NCBI GenBank assembly: GCA_016186705.1
Contig: JACPLB010000003.1
Location: forward strand, 18,508-82,507
From: Candidatus Kaiserbacteria bacterium
GTDB lineage: Bacteria; Patescibacteriota; Minisyncoccia; Phycocordibacterales; JABMNX01
Direction of reading: 5' to 3'
Length of the DNA: 64,000 nucleotides
The notes beneath the pieces are model-generated. The model was not told the DNA's origin and did no database searches. It was given only the letters and a program-made list of their open reading frames with translations. Position 1 is the stretch's first letter; each line of letters starts with the position of its first letter. A program made the position numbers and the translations under genes. Of this stretch, positions 1 through 9,537 are shown in pieces.

Positions 1-694
1 CGTCAATGAGAAGATATTTCCATGTACCGCTGTAATACGCCCGTACCTCTTTATTTTTTTCGAGAAGCGAGGCTGCGACAAGAAGCAGGTCGTCAAAATC
101 AAGCGAGCGGTTTTCTTTGAGAATACGTTCATACGCTTTCCATACGCGCAGAACGGTTTGTTTCAAAAAATCATTCCCCGCATGTCTCTCGTATTCATGG
201 CACGCCGTTCCGTTTCCCTTTTCCCGGGAAATAATACCGAGCATCTTTTTCGGTTCGAACTGCTCGGCATCAACAAGGGTCTGTTTCATGGCATCTTTGA
301 CCGCGCGCAGGGAGTCGGCGCGGTCAAAGATGGTGAAATGGCGTTTCACATTGAGGAGACGCGCCTGTTCCCTGATAATGTGAACTCCAAGCGAATGAAA
401 CGTTGAAACAAACGGGAAGGGAGTACGCTGCGCCTCTCGTGAAATCGGGAGATTGAGGTCCCGGTCGCTCGCAAGGAGCGCCGCCACCCGCTCCCGCATC
501 TCCTTCGCCGCCTTGTTGGTGAAGGTAACAGCAAGTATTTCTTCAGGGAGGACTCCTTCCTTTATCAAATGAAGGACTCGGTGCGCCAACACTCGTGTTT
601 TTCCAGCACCGGCACCCGCGACAATGAGAAGCGGTCCATCCTTGTGAAGTACGGCGCGTCTCTGGGCAGGGTTGAGGTCGTCAAGGTGGTTCAC
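1..694 (-). CDS. pcrA: UvrD/PcrA ATP-dependent DNA helicase, 5' part (runs off the window edge)
   Basis: Absent from the ORF track. Manual translation from GTG 694 gives LNPAQRRAV, Walker A AGAGAGKT, motif Ia AVTFTNKAAKEMRER, and YLLID at the edge. TATAGT lies 6 nt upstream of the GTG. Confidence 0.95.
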   Translation of the reverse strand, partial: MNHLDDLNPAQRRAVLHKDGPLLIVAGAGAGKTRVLAHRVLHLIKEGVLPEEILAVTFTNKAAKEMRERVAALLASDRDLNLPISREAQRTPFPFVSTFHSLGVHIIREQARLLNVKRHFTIFDRADSLRAVKDAMKQTLVDAEQFEPKKMLGIISREKGNGTACHEYERHAGNDFLKQTVLRVWKAYERILKENRSLDFDDLLLVAASLLEKNKEVRAYYSGTWKYLLID

Positions 695-786
695 CAAAAG
701 ACTATAGCATACGACCCGGTAAAAAGGCCTTGAAATGGCTTTATTCAAAGGGTTCCGGGAACTCTTTTTTGACTGTGTATAATTCA

Positions 787-814
787 TTGACTTTTTATAT
801 GGGAAAGCTATAGT
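787..814 (+). promoter_or_regulatory. sigma70-type promoter for the LysM/M23 gene
   Basis: TTGACT(787-792)-N16-TATAGT(809-814). Confidence 0.6.
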
Positions 815-960
815 GGAAAAGTATCGGGATAGTTGTTAATTCCGTGGCTCAACAGAGCCATTTACTGCTGATGTACGCTTGATATCCCGTTAATCTTCGG
901 CTTATAAACTCAAATCCACAAGACTCTGACCCCTTAAAACGGCGCGCACGAAACGGTCAG

Positions 961-1986
961 ATGACAGAAAGGACACATCCGTGGCTTTCCGCCTCGCTTT
1001 TACCCGTTGTCCTCTCCGGGATACTCGCGTTTATCCCGATCTTTGCGCATGCGGGGATATTCTCATTTGTTTCCGGCATTCTCAGTCAGAATCAGGCAAA
1101 AGCGGCAGAGAACTACAATTCGCAGACGGCGTTTCTCCTTGAGGCAGCTTTAAACGTCGACCCGAATCCGTCAAAAGGAGGCGGAGATATTACTGTCGTT
1201 GATGAAAGCGCATTGCTCCCTGAGACGGGTCCTTACGGGACACTTGCTGACATTAAAGACCGTTCGAAGATTGGAGGACAGATTAGCATTTACGTCGTAA
1301 GAACAGGAGACACTCTTTCTGAGATAGCGCAGATGTTCGGAGTCTCAGTCAATACGATTATCTGGGGCAATAATATTAAAAATGGTGTCATTCAGGAAGG
1401 AGAAACTCTTGCCATTCTCCCTATTACCGGCGTTCGTCATACGGTCAAGAAAGGAGATACGCTGAAGAGTATAACTGAATATTACAAAGGAGATTTGAAT
1501 GAAATCCTCCAATATAACGGGCTTACTGAAAGTTCAAAACTTGCAATCGGTGACATTGTTATCATACCTGATGGTGTTTTGGTAACCCCGGCCTATAACG
1601 GCGCTCCAAGCGTTGTTGGTGCAAGTGGGGTATCAAACTACTCCGGTTACTATCTCCGTCCCGTTACGAATAGTATAAAGTCGCAAGGACTTCACGGATA
1701 TAACGGTGTTGACCTTGCGGCGCCCTACGGCACTCCGATCCTCGCGTCTGCCTCGGGTACTGTCATCGTCTCCCGCGGTGCGGGATGGAATGGAGGGTAT
1801 GGAAACTACATCGTCATTACCCATGACAACGGCACGCAGACACTCTACGCGCACAATTCGCAAAATATTGTCTATGGCGGTCAGTATGTCGTCCAAGGAC
1901 AAGTCATCGGGTATGTCGGTACTACCGGGCGCTCCACCGGACCACATCTCCACTTTGAAGTCCGCGGAGCTAAGAATCCATTTTAA
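961..1986 (+). CDS. LysM-domain M23 family peptidoglycan endopeptidase
   Basis: Signal/TM segment, two LysM repeats (YVVRTGDTLSEIA, HTVKKGDTL), M23 motifs HGYNGVDLAA, LYAH, TGRSTGPHLHFEVR. Confidence 0.92.
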   Translation: MTERTHPWLSASLLPVVLSGILAFIPIFAHAGIFSFVSGILSQNQAKAAENYNSQTAFLLEAALNVDPNPSKGGGDITVVDESALLPETGPYGTLADIKDRSKIGGQISIYVVRTGDTLSEIAQMFGVSVNTIIWGNNIKNGVIQEGETLAILPITGVRHTVKKGDTLKSITEYYKGDLNEILQYNGLTESSKLAIGDIVIIPDGVLVTPAYNGAPSVVGASGVSNYSGYYLRPVTNSIKSQGLHGYNGVDLAAPYGTPILASASGTVIVSRGAGWNGGYGNYIVITHDNGTQTLYAHNSQNIVYGGQYVVQGQVIGYVGTTGRSTGPHLHFEVRGAKNPF

Positions 1987-1989
1987 ACA

Positions 1990-2018
1990 GCTTCCGGCTT
2001 CCAGCTTTTAGCTTTTAG
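1990..2018. repeat. degenerate 7-bp tandem repeat, 4 units
   Basis: gcttccg gcttcca gctttta gctttta; same family at 22080, 52674, 52783 and 60037. Confidence 0.8.
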
Positions 2019-2042
2019 ATAAAACGCAAGTTTAAAAAACAA

Positions 2043-2076
2043 CAAAAAACGCCACAGGTGCCTGTGGCGTTTTTTG
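2043..2076. terminator. bidirectional terminator-like palindrome, copy 1 of 2
   Basis: caaaaaacgccacagg-tg-cctgtggcgttttttg; near-identical reverse-complement copy at 26181-26213. Confidence 0.75.
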
Positions 2077-2160
2077 CGTCAGTAAAACTGCCCCGATATC
2101 GAAGAAACTTAAAAAACGTGTACACAGACTCAAGAATTAATCCCCCAAGTTCCATTGTTG

Positions 2161-2194
2161 CCATTGCTTAAGTTCTTAAGAACTTAAGCAATGG
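2161..2194. repeat. perfect 34-bp palindrome
   Basis: ccattgcttaagttcttaagaacttaagcaatgg equals its own reverse complement. Confidence 0.9.
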
Positions 2195-2209
2195 TCAGGT
2201 AGTAGGGTT

Positions 2210-2542
2210 TTAGAGAATTAATTCAGCGATTCGTTTGTTCTTTTTTTCTATTTTTTCAATCAACGCCGTAAGATTGTTTATTTTTTGTTTTGCTTTCAAG
2301 AAAACAATAAAACCTGCAAGTGCGAAAAGTCCCAAGACGCTGAATATAAAAATAGTCAGCCACGCTTGTTCAAATATGGGATGAAAATCTTTTGCCGCGA
2401 CGAGGAAAGCCGCAAACGCGATTGCCGCAGTAAATACCGCAAGACCGGTTCGGAGCAGAGCGTAGTATGTTCTTTTCTCGGCAAGCAGTAGCTGCGATTC
2501 TGCAAGCAAGAGAGCTTCTTCTTTTGCGTCGCGTACAGACAT
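2210..2542 (-). CDS. small two-TM membrane protein, DUF202/YidH-like
   Basis: LLAEKRTYYALLRTGLA resembles the DUF202 LANERTxLAWxRT motif; two hydrophobic helices. Confidence 0.65.
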   Translation of the reverse strand: MSVRDAKEEALLLAESQLLLAEKRTYYALLRTGLAVFTAAIAFAAFLVAAKDFHPIFEQAWLTIFIFSVLGLFALAGFIVFLKAKQKINNLTALIEKIEKKNKRIAELIL

Positions 2543-2607
2543 CTTTTAATTATAAGCACCGCTTTTACTTCAATCAATTTTTTCAACCGTACTCAGGACA
2601 CTATTGA

Positions 2608-2636
2608 TCGCGGGCGGTATTGGAGGGCTTCGAGAA
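2608..2636 (-). repeat. duplicated comM 3' end (att-like direct repeat)
   Basis: 27/29 identical to 4284-4312; reads LEALQYRPR then SIVS-stop. Confidence 0.9.
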
Positions 2637-2641
2637 ACTAT

Positions 2642-3403
2642 TTATGTCGGCCGATATCGGTCCCACGCCATGTCGTGAATACTTTCCATCGTTCGTGCTA
2701 TTACTTCATTTTTTATCAAAATAGCAAACGGTTTCTTTTTTGCTGATTCCATAAAGACCCAATCCCCGCTTACCGCGAAGCTCGCTTCAATCGGGTACGC
2801 TTCAGGAGAGACAATTTGTATCTCAAGAAGATTTTCTTCGCTCTTTGCAAAGAGTCCTTCCATCCATGGTGTTTGCTCTCGTGCGGAAAGTATAACACGC
2901 GCGGAAATGCCACGCGCAACACGCCGCTTCACGTATTCGTCAAATTGCCGTGCGCCGATGAGCCGCTCTACATACGCGATATTTTCAAATGTTTTCCATA
3001 ATGTTACTTTTGTCTCATGTAAAAAAATATCCGCCGCGGTGTGTATTCCTTCACGTCCCTCAAAATAACGGACCCATGTTTCTCCCGAGCTGCCGGCGAT
3101 ACTGTCACTGAATTGTTTGACTATTTCTTTAAGGTCGGCGCGTCTTCTTTCAAAAATGTTCTCCAGATGTTTTGGGTCAACGGCGCGGTATAGCGTACGC
3201 TTTCCTTTTGTCGGTAGTGAAGAAATAAATCCCTTCATTATTAACTGTTTGAGAGGAGGGTAAACGGCAGTGCGCGGAATGCCCGCGCGAACAGCAAGCG
3301 CGCTTATTGTAGTGTTTGGTTCATCAAGAGCCGCAAAATATAAGCGAGACTCGTAGTCGCTTAAATTAAAAACATGCGCGAGGCGCTTTGCAGGTTCGTT
3401 CAT
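2642..3403 (-). CDS. TrmB-family transcriptional regulator
   Basis: N-terminal wHTH (LSDYESRLY, IPRTAVY), VRYFEGREGI linker, PLD-like effector domain; start placed at ATG 3403, 7 nt after TATAAT. Confidence 0.85.
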   Translation of the reverse strand: MNEPAKRLAHVFNLSDYESRLYFAALDEPNTTISALAVRAGIPRTAVYPPLKQLIMKGFISSLPTKGKRTLYRAVDPKHLENIFERRRADLKEIVKQFSDSIAGSSGETWVRYFEGREGIHTAADIFLHETKVTLWKTFENIAYVERLIGARQFDEYVKRRVARGISARVILSAREQTPWMEGLFAKSEENLLEIQIVSPEAYPIEASFAVSGDWVFMESAKKKPFAILIKNEVIARTMESIHDMAWDRYRPT

Positions 3404-3410
3404 GTTAGGA

Positions 3411-3462
3411 ATTATATAAAAAATTACATCACGTGTCAATTAAATGACGTTAAAAACGTCAT
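3411..3462 (-). promoter_or_regulatory. consensus promoter and adjacent palindromic operator candidate of TrmB gene 1
   Basis: Minus strand TTGACA(3439-3434)-N17-TATAAT(3416-3411); palindrome ATGACGTTAAAAACGTCAT at 3444-3462. Confidence 0.7.
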
Positions 3463-3617
3463 AAATTGATTTTAATAAATGCTTATATATAAGCTTATAT
3501 ATAAGGCGATTTTATGGATTCTTCGTAGAAGTGAGGTAAAACATTGACATTATTTATTTTTTACTTTATTATTTACACTAGTTTTTAGCTCTTTGACACA
3601 GCATTCAGGAGGTTGTA

Positions 3618-4169
3618 ATGAGCAGCACGGGTAGGACTTTTGTTGCAGTTAAAATGTGGAAACCGCTATCTAAGGCAGAAGAAAAGAAGAGAAAAGAAAA
3701 GGAAGAGAAAGAGAAAAAGGAAGAGAGAAAGCGGCAAAAACAACTGGGTGAAAAATTAAAAAGAGATATAAAAGAAGAGAAAGAGGAAGAGAAAATAGAA
3801 AAAGAGGAGACACGGAGGTCACCTTCGGGTCGTGCCGCTCGGCTACTCATCAAGGTCGCGAAAGAAATCAGAAAAAGAGGGCTTTGCGGCACCTTTGAAA
3901 TTCTTGGAAAACCCGGAAATAGTCGTGTTGGTGTCCTAGCGGGTAGTCTCTACAATTATACTGCTCACTTTGAGTCGAGGCCGGGACGTGCCTTATTGGA
4001 GATTAAGTGCGTCCATGGTCGCTGTCCGGAAATACCTGCGGGGTATTTTTCACTCGCAATTCCCATTAAACCCGACAAAATAGAAAGTGTGGCCCAGAGG
4101 CTTGAAGACTGCGAAGTAACATCAATCGAAATCAAGAGATTCATAAAAAAGCTCGGATTGAAACTCTAA
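3618..4169 (+). CDS. hypothetical protein with K/E-rich N-terminal region
   Basis: TTGACA(3544)-N17-TATTAT promoter, AGGAGG RBS, downstream hairpin gcggcgatg-aaaa-catcgccgc plus T tract. Confidence 0.7.
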   Translation: MSSTGRTFVAVKMWKPLSKAEEKKRKEKEEKEKKEERKRQKQLGEKLKRDIKEEKEEEKIEKEETRRSPSGRAARLLIKVAKEIRKRGLCGTFEILGKPGNSRVGVLAGSLYNYTAHFESRPGRALLEIKCVHGRCPEIPAGYFSLAIPIKPDKIESVAQRLEDCEVTSIEIKRFIKKLGLKL

Positions 4170-4268
4170 GACTTCAATGTGGGAGTGAACGAAATCTGCG
4201 TGCTCCTACTGAGCTTGAAATAACCCCGGTTTGTGAGTAGGCGGCGATGAAAACATCGCCGCATTTTT

Positions 4269-5768
4269 TTAATACACAAACCGTCGCGGGCGGTACTGAA
4301 GGGCTTCGAGAACATGATTCTTTCCGACCTCTTCAGACTCTTCAATGTCGGCGATGGTACGCGCGAGTTTGATGACGCGGTGGTAGGCGCGCGGGGAAAG
4401 ATTAAGCTGGGACGCCGCTTCGTTTAAGATACTTCGCACGTCTTGTTGCAATAAAACGTGTTGCGTCAAATCACGAACCGTCATCTCGCTGTTTGTTTTG
4501 GTATCATGCTTAAATCGCTCTTTCTGCATAGCTCTCGCTGTATGCACGTGTTGCCGAAGCGCGTCTGATTCCCGCGGGTATTCTTTTCCATCAGAGAGCG
4601 TCCTGTGGTCAATGTGCCCGACTTCAATCCACATATCCACGCGGTCGACAATTGCCCCCGATATTTTCTTTTCAAAACGCGTTTGTTCAAGCCCGTCCTC
4701 GCGCGGAGGATTCATTGCGGCAACCAAAATGAAATTTGCCGGAAAAAGCGCGGACCCTTTTGAACGCACGACCGTGATTGAACGTTCTTCAAGCGGTTGC
4801 CGGAGCGCTTCAATCGTCCGCCGTTCAAATTCGGGAAACTCGTCAAGAAAAAGGACGCCGCGGTGCGCGAGCGTAATTTCTCCCGGTTTGGGCACGGTTC
4901 CCCCGCCGACCAAAGAGACGTACGAGGCGGTGTGATGGGGCGCACGGAAAGGCGGGGTGGTCATAAGAGGACTTTTCAGGACTCCGGCGACCGAATGTAT
5001 GGAGGTTACTTCAAGGCACTCTTCAAAGGAGAGATTCGGCAGAATATCGCTGAATGCCCGCGCGAGCATTGTTTTGCCGGTACCGGGAGGGCCGTAAAGG
5101 ACGATGTTGTGTCTGCCTGACGCGGCAATCAGAAGTCCTCGCTTCGCGCTCTCTTGCCCGCGGATGTCTCCAAAGTCAACTGCCTGCTCTCTATTTTCAT
5201 ACACTATCTCCGTACGCGGCTGTTTTGCAATCATCGCACGGTCTTCTGTGTCTTCATGAAGATGTCGTACGACGTCCGTGAGCGTTTCCGCTCCGTAAAT
5301 TTCAATATCGTCTATGAGCGCCGCCTCTTTCGCGTTTTCTTTCGGTACGAATACTTCCTTGAATCCGACTCGCTTTGCCTTGCGGACCAGAGGAAGCACG
5401 CCGTGAATACTTCGCAATTCCCCGTCAAGAGAGAGTTCCCCGAGAAAAAGTTTACCCGTCGGGTCAAATGAAATATCTTTCGTCGCAAGGAGGTAGCAAA
5501 GCGCCATGCCAAGGTCAAAGGCCGGACCCTCCTTCTTGAGGTCTGCAGGCGCGAGCGAAATAACCACTTTCTGATTCTTGTTTTTGGGAGATTTGTAGCC
5601 GGAATTCTTAATTGCAGCCGATACGCGGTCGCGCGACTCTTCAACCGCCTTGTCGGGAAGCCCCACGATAGAAAACGCGTGGAGTCCCTTTGAGAGGTCC
5701 ACCTCAATGTCAATAACGTGGGCATCAAGAAGTGTCGTCTGCGCGCTGTATACTTTTGCAAAACTCAT
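4269..5768 (-). CDS. comM: YifB/ComM Mg-chelatase-like AAA+ helicase
   Basis: IVGLPDKAVEESRDRV, LAPADLKKEG, GPPGTGKTML, FRAPHHT, PGEITLAHRGVLFLDE, EALQYR. Confidence 0.95.
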   Translation of the reverse strand: MSFAKVYSAQTTLLDAHVIDIEVDLSKGLHAFSIVGLPDKAVEESRDRVSAAIKNSGYKSPKNKNQKVVISLAPADLKKEGPAFDLGMALCYLLATKDISFDPTGKLFLGELSLDGELRSIHGVLPLVRKAKRVGFKEVFVPKENAKEAALIDDIEIYGAETLTDVVRHLHEDTEDRAMIAKQPRTEIVYENREQAVDFGDIRGQESAKRGLLIAASGRHNIVLYGPPGTGKTMLARAFSDILPNLSFEECLEVTSIHSVAGVLKSPLMTTPPFRAPHHTASYVSLVGGGTVPKPGEITLAHRGVLFLDEFPEFERRTIEALRQPLEERSITVVRSKGSALFPANFILVAAMNPPREDGLEQTRFEKKISGAIVDRVDMWIEVGHIDHRTLSDGKEYPRESDALRQHVHTARAMQKERFKHDTKTNSEMTVRDLTQHVLLQQDVRSILNEAASQLNLSPRAYHRVIKLARTIADIEESEEVGKNHVLEALQYRPRRFVY

Positions 5769-5890
5769 CTTCTTAGAGAGAGGACACGATTATTAATTAT
5801 TTTCTTTTTCTACAGAACATTATCTCGCGCCATTTCTTTGTTGCGGGGGAGCTCTCTTTCGTATGCAAGAATCTATAGAGCCCCGACGGC

Positions 5891-6250
5891 TTAGTTCATG
5901 TGCTTCGTGCACGTCGTCGCGGCGGGATTCGCCTCAAGCCGCTCTTTCTCAATCGGCTCTCCCCCCGCTTCGCATACTCCATACGTACCGTCTTCAATAC
6001 GCTTCAGAGCGGCTTTGACGTCGTTGTACCTGACTTCAACCTCTTTGAGCACTCCCACATTGGTCTCATATTCTTCAATCGCGTCCGCCCGCTCATTCGG
6101 GTCGGCTTGCTGAATATCCAATCCTCCCCCTTTTGCCTCCCAGTCTTTCGGATTCTCCGGATTTTTTTCAGCAATGCTTGTAAGCTCGTGTGTCAGAGTA
6201 CGCAGTTCTTGTTCCAACTTTGTCTTGAAATACGCGGTATCAATTTCCAT
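5891..6250 (-). CDS. TraR/DksA-family protein
   Basis: Coiled coil followed by ALKRIEDGTYGVCE, IEKERLEANPAATTC. Confidence 0.85.
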   Translation of the reverse strand: MEIDTAYFKTKLEQELRTLTHELTSIAEKNPENPKDWEAKGGGLDIQQADPNERADAIEEYETNVGVLKEVEVRYNDVKAALKRIEDGTYGVCEAGGEPIEKERLEANPAATTCTKHMN

Positions 6251-6308
6251 ATACTACGATACTATCAGAGAGCGTCGCGCTGGCAAAGTCGCCTCGTTAT
6301 AGCAACGG

Positions 6309-7370
6309 CTAGAAAATACGCACGGTGCGTAGCCGAGTGATGACTTCAGTGAGAGAATTTTCGTTTGTCGTTATGATAAGCGTCTCTCGGTCGGGGAACG
6401 CGTAGAGAAATTCAATACCCCCCGTTTCGTTGAGAAGTACGCGCGTATCGATATTTTGTATGACTTTGTCCTCAAACGCCGTTTTCAGAGGAGTGTTTTC
6501 TCCGGTCAGAGGATTTTTTGGAATCTCAAGAAAAGTAGCGGCGCCTCTGCCCATGAACGGGAACAGGTCGTCATAGATGGAGCGCTCCCACTCAAGCATG
6601 CCGGCGAAACTGTGCTGGTATGATTCCGATTTGAATATCATAAACGGCTGATTTTGGTTGAAGACGTGGATTCCCACCATGTAGTCTGGCGAGAGCGAGC
6701 GGAGAAACGCATCGCTTACCCGTGCGCCGACCTTCTGTAAAAATTCTTCGGCGGAAATAATTTGTTGCTCTCCCGTATCGGGATTCAATTCCGTAAGGTA
6801 GACCTGCGTGACTTGACCAAGCGGAAGGGAAACCGCTCGCCGCAATTCCCCGAGCATCCGCACAATCTCTGGGGTATCCTTTCCAGTTACATCAATGCCT
6901 TCGTGCTCCTCGGCAAAGATGAGAGACGGAATCTCTTCTTCAATACTGACTTTTGGCGGCTCGTAGAAAAAGAGAAAAAATCCAAGAAGTCCGATGCCGA
7001 GCAGAATAAAAAGCACGCTCCCTGAAATGACGGAGAGCCTCTGGTAATCAAGTTTCCTCGGAGCGGTCTCCTCGATGCTTTTCGAGGTTCTCGTTCGCCG
7101 ACGTTCCTCCGCGGCAGTCGCGCTTGTGAGTGAAGTATTTTGCCTCTTTATTGCCTCAAGAATGTCTTCCTTGTATGTCCGTATCCGGCGCACCAGCCCT
7201 CCCTCGCCGTTCTCCTCTTTCGGTTGAGGGATGCGGAAAACTTCAGTTTCCTTTCCCTCGTTTTTCTGTACCGTCGAAGTTTCCGGTACTGGGAGAGCCT
7301 CTTCCGTTTGTTCCGGACGTTCTTGAGACGACTCTCTGTGATTTTGTTGTGTATCAGGTTTCTGTTCCAT
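6309..7370 (-). CDS. single-pass membrane protein of unknown function
   Basis: Start trimmed to ATG 7370 (MEQKPD) to avoid the pnp overlap; disordered N-terminus, one TM, folded C-terminal region. Confidence 0.7.
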   Translation of the reverse strand: MEQKPDTQQNHRESSQERPEQTEEALPVPETSTVQKNEGKETEVFRIPQPKEENGEGGLVRRIRTYKEDILEAIKRQNTSLTSATAAEERRRTRTSKSIEETAPRKLDYQRLSVISGSVLFILLGIGLLGFFLFFYEPPKVSIEEEIPSLIFAEEHEGIDVTGKDTPEIVRMLGELRRAVSLPLGQVTQVYLTELNPDTGEQQIISAEEFLQKVGARVSDAFLRSLSPDYMVGIHVFNQNQPFMIFKSESYQHSFAGMLEWERSIYDDLFPFMGRGAATFLEIPKNPLTGENTPLKTAFEDKVIQNIDTRVLLNETGGIEFLYAFPDRETLIITTNENSLTEVITRLRTVRIF

Positions 7371-7392
7371 TGTCCGAATGAGGTTGCAAGTA

Positions 7393-9537
7393 TCACGCGC
7401 GCGGACTTTCCTTTTCTCCCGTCTTTTCTCCCGCCCCTTTCCGCGCCGCAAAATCAGGGTCGGCGCGCTTGATGGAGAGATTGATGCGGTCTTGCCCGTC
7501 AATTTCCTTGATTATAACAGGAACCGTTTCTCCGACCGAGACGATGTCCTCGACGCGATTGACGCGGAATGGCGCAAGTTCAGAAATGTGCACCAGCCCT
7601 TCGGTGTTATGCCCAATGCGCACGAATGCTCCGAAATCAAGCACACGCGTTACCACTCCGTCAAAACGCTCTCCCGCCTTGTACTCATGTGTCATCTCTT
7701 CGATTATTTTTCTCGCCTCGTCAACCCCGCTTTTCCCCGTGATGTAGACCGTGCCGTCGTCTGTAATCGTGATATCCTCGACACCCGTCGCGTCCTTGAT
7801 GCCGTTGATGGTCTTCCCGCCCGGACCTATCACAAGACCAATCTGCTCTTCCTTGACGGAGAGAATGGCAATTTTCGGCGCGCGCGGAGAAATCGTCTCG
7901 CGTGGTTTCGGTATTGCCCCCTCCAAACAATCAAGAATAGTAAAACGTGCCTTTCGTGCCTCGTCGAAAGTCTCCGTAAGTATTTTGATTGAGACCCCTT
8001 CCACTTTTACGTCCATTTGAACCGCAGTAACGCCATCCCGCGTCCCGGCAACTTTACAGTCCATGTCACCGTGCTCATCCTCGGGCCCCTGAATGTCGGT
8101 CAATACTTTATACTTCCCGTCTTCGCCGAGCATGAGCCCCATGGCGACGCCGGCGACGGGCTTTTTGATTGGAACGCCGCCGTCCATAAGCGCAAGCGTT
8201 GACGCGCACACGGAACCCATTGAGGTTGAGCCGTTTGATGCCATTGCTTCAGAAACGATGCGGATGGTGTACGGGAACTCGTCCTGCGTCGGTATGACCG
8301 GAAGGAGTGCTTTTTCGGCAAGCGCTCCGTGCCCGATCATGCGCCGGTTCGCTCCTCCGATGCGCCCCGTCTCTCCAGTCGAAAATGGAGGAAAATTATA
8401 GTGGTGCATAAAACGTTTCTCCGTATCCCGCGCTTCCATATTGTCGATAATTTGCGAATCCCCGGGTCCCCCGAGCGTAAGCGCGGAGAGTATGTGCGTG
8501 CCTCCCCGGTAAAAAATTCCCGTTCCGTGGATGATGTCGGATACTCCTCCCGCTTGCGCGAAGAGAGGTCTGATTTCGTTGAGCGCTCTGCCGTCCGCCC
8601 GCTTCTCTTTTTCGATTGCCGCCTTGTGGATTAGGGCGCTTATTGCTTCTTCAAAATATGCCTCGGCATGTCTTGCATTTTCTTCCGGCAGTGTCTCCTT
8701 GAATATCGCGAGCCATTCATCTTTAAGCTCGTAGATCGTCTTTTTCCCCGGACCCCGGAAAAGGGCTGGTTCAAGTTTTGGAGCGATATTTTTTTCAAAG
8801 AGCGCGACAAGCTCGCGTGAGTAATGGGCGTGCTCAAGTGTACGTTTTTCTTTCCCAATCTCCGCGATGATTTTTTTCTGAAACGCCTGGACTTCATCAA
8901 TTGCTTCGAGCGCTTTTTTGAGAGCGTCTGTGAGCACCCCTTCGCCTGCCTCGCGTGCGCCGACTTCAATCATGTTGATACTCCCGTCTTTTCCGCACAC
9001 GAGGAGGTCGAATTCGTTATCCTTCTGCTCCCTTTCTGCGTACGTTGGATTCACGATGTGCCCATCACCTACTTTGCCGATGCGTACTGCAGAGACGGGA
9101 CCTCTCCACGGAATGTCCGAGGTGCCGAGCGCGAGCGACGCCGCAATAATCGCGAGTACGTCTGGGTCGTCCTCGTCAATCGAGAGTATGGTGATGACCA
9201 CCTGCACCTCGTTTCGGATGCGCTGGTCGAAGAGCGGGCGTATTGTGCGGTCAACGACTCGTCCGGAGAGAATTGCTTCGTCCGTCGGGCGTCCTTCACG
9301 CCGCATGAAACGGCTCCCGAGGATTGCCCCCGCGGCGTAAAATTTTTCTTCATAATCAACCGTGAGCGGAAAGTACCCTGCCTCTTCTTTTACGCCCTCC
9401 GACATGACGGCGGTCGCCAAGACCGCACTATTCCCGTAGCGGAGAATGACCGAGCCGTGGGCTTGGTCTGCCAAATCCGAAAAAATCGCTGTGAGCGTCT
9501 TCCCGCCAATGTCAACGGAGTACTCTTGTGTGTGCAT
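7393..9537 (-). CDS. pnp: polyribonucleotide nucleotidyltransferase (PNPase)
   Basis: FPLTVDYEEK, RADGR, FMHHYNFPPFS, SNGSTSM, KH (IGPGGKTI) and S1 domains; start at ATG 9537 after GGGAG. Confidence 0.97.
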   Translation of the reverse strand: MHTQEYSVDIGGKTLTAIFSDLADQAHGSVILRYGNSAVLATAVMSEGVKEEAGYFPLTVDYEEKFYAAGAILGSRFMRREGRPTDEAILSGRVVDRTIRPLFDQRIRNEVQVVITILSIDEDDPDVLAIIAASLALGTSDIPWRGPVSAVRIGKVGDGHIVNPTYAEREQKDNEFDLLVCGKDGSINMIEVGAREAGEGVLTDALKKALEAIDEVQAFQKKIIAEIGKEKRTLEHAHYSRELVALFEKNIAPKLEPALFRGPGKKTIYELKDEWLAIFKETLPEENARHAEAYFEEAISALIHKAAIEKEKRADGRALNEIRPLFAQAGGVSDIIHGTGIFYRGGTHILSALTLGGPGDSQIIDNMEARDTEKRFMHHYNFPPFSTGETGRIGGANRRMIGHGALAEKALLPVIPTQDEFPYTIRIVSEAMASNGSTSMGSVCASTLALMDGGVPIKKPVAGVAMGLMLGEDGKYKVLTDIQGPEDEHGDMDCKVAGTRDGVTAVQMDVKVEGVSIKILTETFDEARKARFTILDCLEGAIPKPRETISPRAPKIAILSVKEEQIGLVIGPGGKTINGIKDATGVEDITITDDGTVYITGKSGVDEARKIIEEMTHEYKAGERFDGVVTRVLDFGAFVRIGHNTEGLVHISELAPFRVNRVEDIVSVGETVPVIIKEIDGQDRINLSIKRADPDFAARKGAGEKTGEKESPRA

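Noticed and set aside
117-534. Short ORFs 117..383, 158..406 and 346..534
   Set aside because: Shadows of the minus-strand pcrA/uvrD frame, which the track missed because it runs off the window.
821-960. c-di-AMP or c-di-GMP riboswitch before the M23 gene
   Set aside because: I could not find their conserved motifs by eye; kept only as an unknown structured leader.
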